Shown piece after piece: positions 60,701 through 64,000 of a stretch of DNA of 64,000 nt. How positions within the stretch are numbered: position 1 is the stretch's first letter; each line of letters starts with the position of its first letter. Source of the DNA: Raillietiella orientalis (taxonomy: Eukaryota); assembly GCA_036172245.1 (NCBI GenBank), contig JAYWIR010000013.1:124001-188000 (forward strand), written 5' to 3'. Under the pieces are notes generated by a model that saw nothing but the letters and a program-made list of their open reading frames with translations, did not search any database and was not told the DNA's origin. Both the position numbers and the translations under genes were made by a program.

Positions 60701-63700
60701 GGTTGTCTTTTAGCTGGAAGAGTTTTACACACCCTGGGATGGCTTGTGGAATAGCATCAAAGAGTTCTGTGAGTCCCTTCTAAGGAGGAGAACGGCTCTT
60801 CGGGATCCTTCAGAACTAAACAAAAAAAAGGCAAGAAGGAAATCCGGAAGGAAGTAGAAGAACCCTTAAGGATTTCCATCATCCAACAGAGGAGGACTAG
60901 CCTGGTTCCCAGAACCCTTCTTCTTCTCCCTTTCCTTCGCTTTCTCCGTGCAAGGAGAGGTTTCTCCTTGCCGTAGGGGCGGTTCTTCCCGGAAGATTTG
61001 GCAGCTCCGCGCTCCTTCCTTTCCCGCTGCATCAAGCTGGCAGCACCCCTCGGTGTATCCAATTCCAGTGCTCCGCTTCATGTGGAGGAGGGCTGCAGTA
61101 CCGCAAGGTCCGCTGTGAGGACGCCGCTACCGGGAGGAAGGAGCGCGCGGAAGACTGCGACCCCTCGGAGCGCCCTCCGGCCAAACGAGCCTGCAATGTC
61201 CACCCGTGCTCCGGCAGGTGGCTGCACACGGAATGGCAAGATCAGGTGGGTAGTCTCTTTTTTCCATGGAAAGTTGGTCTTTTCCAGCCACCTCTTCTTC
61301 TTCTTCCTCCTCCTTTTCCTCTCTCTCCTGTCATTTCTCTTTCCTCTGTTCTCTTTTTTTTTCTGAAAGTTTATGCCCAGTCTGTGGGCAGAGCAGTTGG
61401 GCCAGTGTGACATAAGTGACCTCTCAAAGCCTGGTTGAATCTTTCTTCGACCAGCATCCCATGCTCATCCCTACCAGTTTCCCGCATCGCCTGTCCCGCG
61501 ATTTCATCCCGAAACATCTACGCGGGCGGCTCCAGCATCCGGCGCTTCACCACGTACTGTGCTTTGCTACTATCACGCGTACGTGAGCTGTTTTAGTAAG
61601 GGAGGAAGAGCAGCTCCCTACTCCAGCCTGCCAACATCAAGGTGACCCATCCCTGGGTGGTCAGCAGCGGGGAAGCAGACGCCATCAAGTGCTTATTACC
61701 GTGGCGATAGGACAGCAGGAGGGGAAGGGATCAAGTCGGGGGAAGAATAAGAGGGAGGTTGAGGGCTGTGCGACCTCATCGGGCGCTCTTAGGTCTCCTC
61801 ACCTCGGCCACCAGGTAGGGACTGAAACTCGCAGCCTATCTTCGATCCATGGTCGACTTCAAGTGTTCGGCGTCCATCGCGTCTCCAGGCGGAGATGCGA
61901 TGGAAAAGATGCACTTTGTTGCAGACTTCTCCCTCCAGCGGACCTGCAGCCCCGCGAGGGGGTCCTCCATGCTTCATGAAGACGCTCCGGTATTCCTCTC
62001 GTCTTCCAGGATCCTTCGACTGGGATCCAAGAGCTCGGGATTCTCTCGATTCCATCCTTTCCATCTCTGCGTTCCTTTCTTTCTCCAGGGAGTGTCCCGG
62101 ATGCATCCTGGTATCCGTTCGGAGCAGAATTCTTTTACTTTTTTTCTTCTAAGTCAACTCCAAAGATCTGAGGGACCGACGTCTCCAGAGTTTTCCCGGG
62201 TCACAGCGCTCCCACCGTGGAGGCTACCAAAGAGCATCTTCCCTTCATTCCTTGCAACTCCTTGAGCGCCTGCAGCGGTGGATAAAGCTCTTCCTTTGCC
62301 AGAACTTATCTTCCATTCGTGGATAGCCCATGATGTTCTCCTTCTCTCCTTACCTTGACCAGTCTTTCCTCTACCTCGAAGGAGGAAGGATACCTATCCA
62401 GCGCTATCTCGAAGGAGGGCTGGAAAGGCATCCAGGAAGGGAAGGATGAGAGGAGTGAAGAGGAGGAGGTTCGGAAGACGAGCGGTCGTTGTTTCCCGGC
62501 AAACGCATCCCGTCCTCTCGGAGGATCACCCTTTGAACACGAATAGGAGGAAGAAGAGACATTTGGCGGCAGCGAGAGCCAGTTTCCCTCTTCTTCAAGG
62601 AGAGGGCACCCCTGAAGTCTTCCTGTGGGAGGAGGAAAGTCCTCTTGAGCTTAGGTCACTCCCGCTCAAGAGAGGCTCGGGGCACGGGGGTGCCAGGGGA
62701 AGGAAGGTGGCCGACCATTCTCCTAACTGACTGACTCTGCCTTGGTCTCTCTGAATGTCCTCCGGTAGTGTGCCGACTCCTGCGAAGGCGTCCAGACGAG
62801 GAAGGTCGTTTGCATCCCGGGATCCTGCGACGCCCTCGAGGAACCCCAGCACACCCGACCTTGCATCGGGAGTAAGGAGGGAGGCAGCGCTTGCGCCGCT
62901 GCGGGAAAATGGTTCGTCGGTAGCTGGTCCGAGGTAACCGAATCCCCCATCCCGCGCCCCACGCTTTGCCTTTCATCTCTCACTGTGCGCCAGCAGTTCT
63001 TACGCGGAGGGAGCGCAGCAGGCTGCTTCCCTACTTTCCTTTCCCTTTCCTTGTGCCCTTGACAAAGGAGGAGGAAAGGCGGAAGGGGAGGAAGCATGCA
63101 TGGGTCGAGACAGTAGATACTTGGGTTCCACCGATCCCTATGGTGTGTCGAAACGAGAGCCATCGAAGCAAAGGGGGGGATCGCTCGCTCGCTGGAAAGG
63201 TGGAAGCCGGACGGGGGAAGGGGCGCTCTGAATTCCGGCTAGGGTGCGTGCGCTCGACGTCTCCCATCCGAAGGCAGGAGGAGCGGTTGCTGCAGAGGGG
63301 TGGCGCGAGGGCAGGATGAGGACTGTGGAGCATTGGACTGGGGCGAAATGAGGATCCTCCCGAGATATCCGCCTGAGGAAAGTTCCGGGAGCCGTGGCCG
63401 CAGCTGGACGTGACGGCAAACAAAGCGCTTCCTCCCAGAATGACGCCTCTGAGGTGATCACCTGGAGAGCGGCGGACAGGACCGGTTCCCGCTCTTCGCT
63501 CCCTCTCTTGACCCTCCCGAGGGCGGAAGGCAGTTTCGTCCCCTCTCCTCCGAGGAGCGGAAAGACTCTGCCCCGGGGGCTGAGGGCCGAGGAGATACAG
63601 AGGCTCTGGGCGGTGATCCTCTCTTGCTTCCGAGAACGGAAGTAGCCCTAAGGCAAGTAACGCTCGAAGGAACGAGGAGGGGAGGGAGGAAACCGTGAGG

Positions 63701-64000
63701 AATTGGGATGAGAGCGAGGCGACTTCCCCCAAAAGGATGCCCGAGGAAAGAGCGGTTCTGTCCCGCCGGAGGGAGCAGCATTCCCTCTGAGACGACCTTC
63801 AGGACAGCTCTCCTCGACTTCATCTGAAAGAAGGTCCCATCCCTTCCCTCCCCACCACACCTCCGTTATCCGGTCTGCTCCTCTCTTTCATTCCTGCTTT
63901 TAGTGCTCCGCCGACTGCGGGTTCGGCATGCAGACGCGGCACGTCGTATGCCTCCGCCGATTCAGAGGTCACCTGGTAACCGCACTGCCACACCTATGCC
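36710..64000 (+). CDS. ADAMTS-like secreted ECM protein (ADAMTSL4/ADAMTSL6-THSD4/lonely heart-like), multi-exon, 3' end runs off the window
   Basis: Phase-consistent exons: 36710-36756 and 39621-39675 (tentative signal-peptide exons), 42609-42739, 45339-45453, 47573-47675, 47716-47864, 49724-49928, 54917-55083, 57350-57413, 57467-57697, 57764-57893, 57972-58173, 61069-61245, 63904->64000. They encode TSP1, Cys-rich, ADAMTS spacer and a tandem TSP1 array, with no HExxH metalloprotease exon seen. Exact paralog identity (versus papilin/MADD-4) is not resolved. Confidence 0.85.
39050..39332 (+). pseudogene. Probable NUMT, nad4L/nad4-like fragment in ADAMTSL intron
   Basis: Sharp G/T-rich, C-poor island in GC-rich context. 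The hydrophobic Met/Val-rich frame ..SLLLMVFAISLMEFAMMSLEIVGSSHSVY.. resembles the nad4L C-terminus (V.E...GLSLLV...RSHG). Confidence 0.4.
41800..43440 (+). repeat. ~280 bp direct duplication (41800-42085 and 43160-43440)
   Basis: Both copies share CATCATCAACGGCAAGA...GAAGAAAGGGGTCAGGATTGCTA...CTTCTTGAAACGAACCATTGGCAACTTCTCTCCTCGCTCACTGCTGAAAGTCGTGGCCGACGATCT...AATCAGCATCCCA. Confidence 0.9.
42609..42739 (+). CDS. ADAMTSL exon: first half of N-terminal TSP1
   Basis: TTCCAG|VSKQHLLVDAAVSEEWTPWSECSRSCGTGVSTRCLFFKDRLQW|GTGAGT; WxxWSxCSRSCGxG motif. Confidence 0.88.
44200..45260 (-). mobile_element. Decayed Ty3/Gypsy reverse transcriptase within an ADAMTSL intron
   Basis: LRISADLK (RIC.DY), KTHQNGL...RIPSGAA (THKGL...RLPFG), LKKVEIV...DPFLGLPFLLPPFI (KV.AI...SFLGL..YY..FI), IDSGSFELSAV (DAS.YGLGAV). 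Confidence 0.55.
45339..45453 (+). CDS. ADAMTSL exon: second half of N-terminal TSP1 (not in ORF track)
   Basis: TTTTCCAG|...SNISDGNLLLERHRMWQHGTVAHTCNGHRTEYRLCNTK|GTGGGT. The CxG...YRxCN motif and phases 2 to 0 bridge the flanking exons. Confidence 0.8.
47573..47864 (+). CDS. ADAMTSL Cys-rich domain exons (47573-47675 and 47716-47864, 40-nt intron)
   Basis: PCPGTYSNFRREQC...YRWEPY and CALLCQAVG...VIDGTLC...ICIRGRCE, the typical ADAMTS Cys-rich pattern with canonical splice sites. Confidence 0.9.
49724..49928 (+). CDS. ADAMTSL exon: end of Cys-rich domain and start of spacer
   Basis: [39 protein letters not shown]...GYHQVTRIPARARSINITE...NLI|GTAATG. Confidence 0.93.
50078..50250 (+). repeat. 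Degenerate minisatellite, ~4 units of ~40 bp
   Basis: Units like GTGTACATACAGC(AGGCA)GGGCAGTCCrGTTCTACCAGTyGCC. Confidence 0.75.
53410..54000 (-). mobile_element. tRNA-derived SINE-like repeat, copy A
   Basis: Head CAGCCGCGTGGCTGAGGTGTCCG (A-box-like)...GGGGGTTCGAATCCCAC (B-box), followed by a body homologous to 60068-60685. Confidence 0.6.
54917..55083 (+). CDS. ADAMTSL spacer exon
   Basis: TTTCAG|ALRSENGVFLFNGN...PGMYRGSGANFLYS...AKGPLLEYVDVL|GTAACT, matching the ADAM-TS spacer pattern ALr..g.y.LNG...G..f.Y...a.GPl.e.l.v. Confidence 0.88.
57350..58173 (+). CDS. ADAMTSL exon cluster: spacer end and TSP1 repeats (4 exons)
   Basis: VYSWGKASRLEYTYSI; FMWKTVQFGECSATCGRG; VQRPMVRC...PCYKGLCPP; WFPVGWSSCNASCGNGTKFRSFLC...CKSRPCSRWFADPWTQ|GTAAGC. 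Confidence 0.9.
60068..60685 (+). mobile_element. tRNA-derived SINE-like repeat, copy B
   Basis: TGTGGCTG...CGTCGTGGGTTCGAATC, then blocks shared with copy A: AAGGAyCGACGCCrAGAAATG, GGGTTTCGAGT, AATTAAsGAACC, CTCCATCGmGTACCAyGGAGCTGG, GGATTyCCTCCCAAG. Confidence 0.6.
61069..61245 (+). CDS. ADAMTSL TSP1 exon (not in ORF track)
   Basis: TTCCAG|CSASCGGGLQYRKVRCEDAATGRKERAEDCDPSERPPAKRACNVHPCSGRWLHTEWQDQ|GTGGGT, phase 0/0. Confidence 0.9.
63904..64000 (+). CDS. ADAMTSL TSP1 exon, truncated by window end
   Basis: CTTTTAG|CSADCGFGMQTRHVVCLRRFRGHLVTALPHLC... Confidence 0.85.

Overview
Eukaryotic (invertebrate) genomic DNA. It is probably a clade I/Trichinellida-type nematode, inferred from 40-53 nt introns, an invertebrate-type U2 sequence and G/T-rich mitochondrial-like inserts. 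Three spliced protein-coding genes could be reconstructed by hand with consistent exon phases: a LysM-domain gene (LYSMD1/2-like, minus, 6644-8106), WDSUB1 (WD40-SAM-U-box, minus, 12840-14628), and a long ADAMTS-like gene without a protease domain (plus, ~36710 to beyond 64000; TSP1, Cys-rich, spacer, TSP1 array). The rest is mostly heavily decayed mobile DNA: Ty3/Gypsy pol pieces, a Tx1/L1-type LINE 3' half, NeSL/Utopia-type and R2-type remnants, hAT remnants, an AT-rich fold-back element, a ~600 bp tRNA-headed repeat in two inverted copies, and two probable NUMTs. The most striking local signal is a U2 snRNA 5' fragment (26953-27026, minus). It is interrupted at the known Utopia/Keno target site by a 24-nt AATAAA/oligo-A palindromic insert, and relics of both U2-targeting retrotransposon lineages lie within about 5 kb. 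Most ORFs in the supplied track are spurious. I found no intact novel multi-gene system. All calls come from reading motifs by eye; no searches were run.
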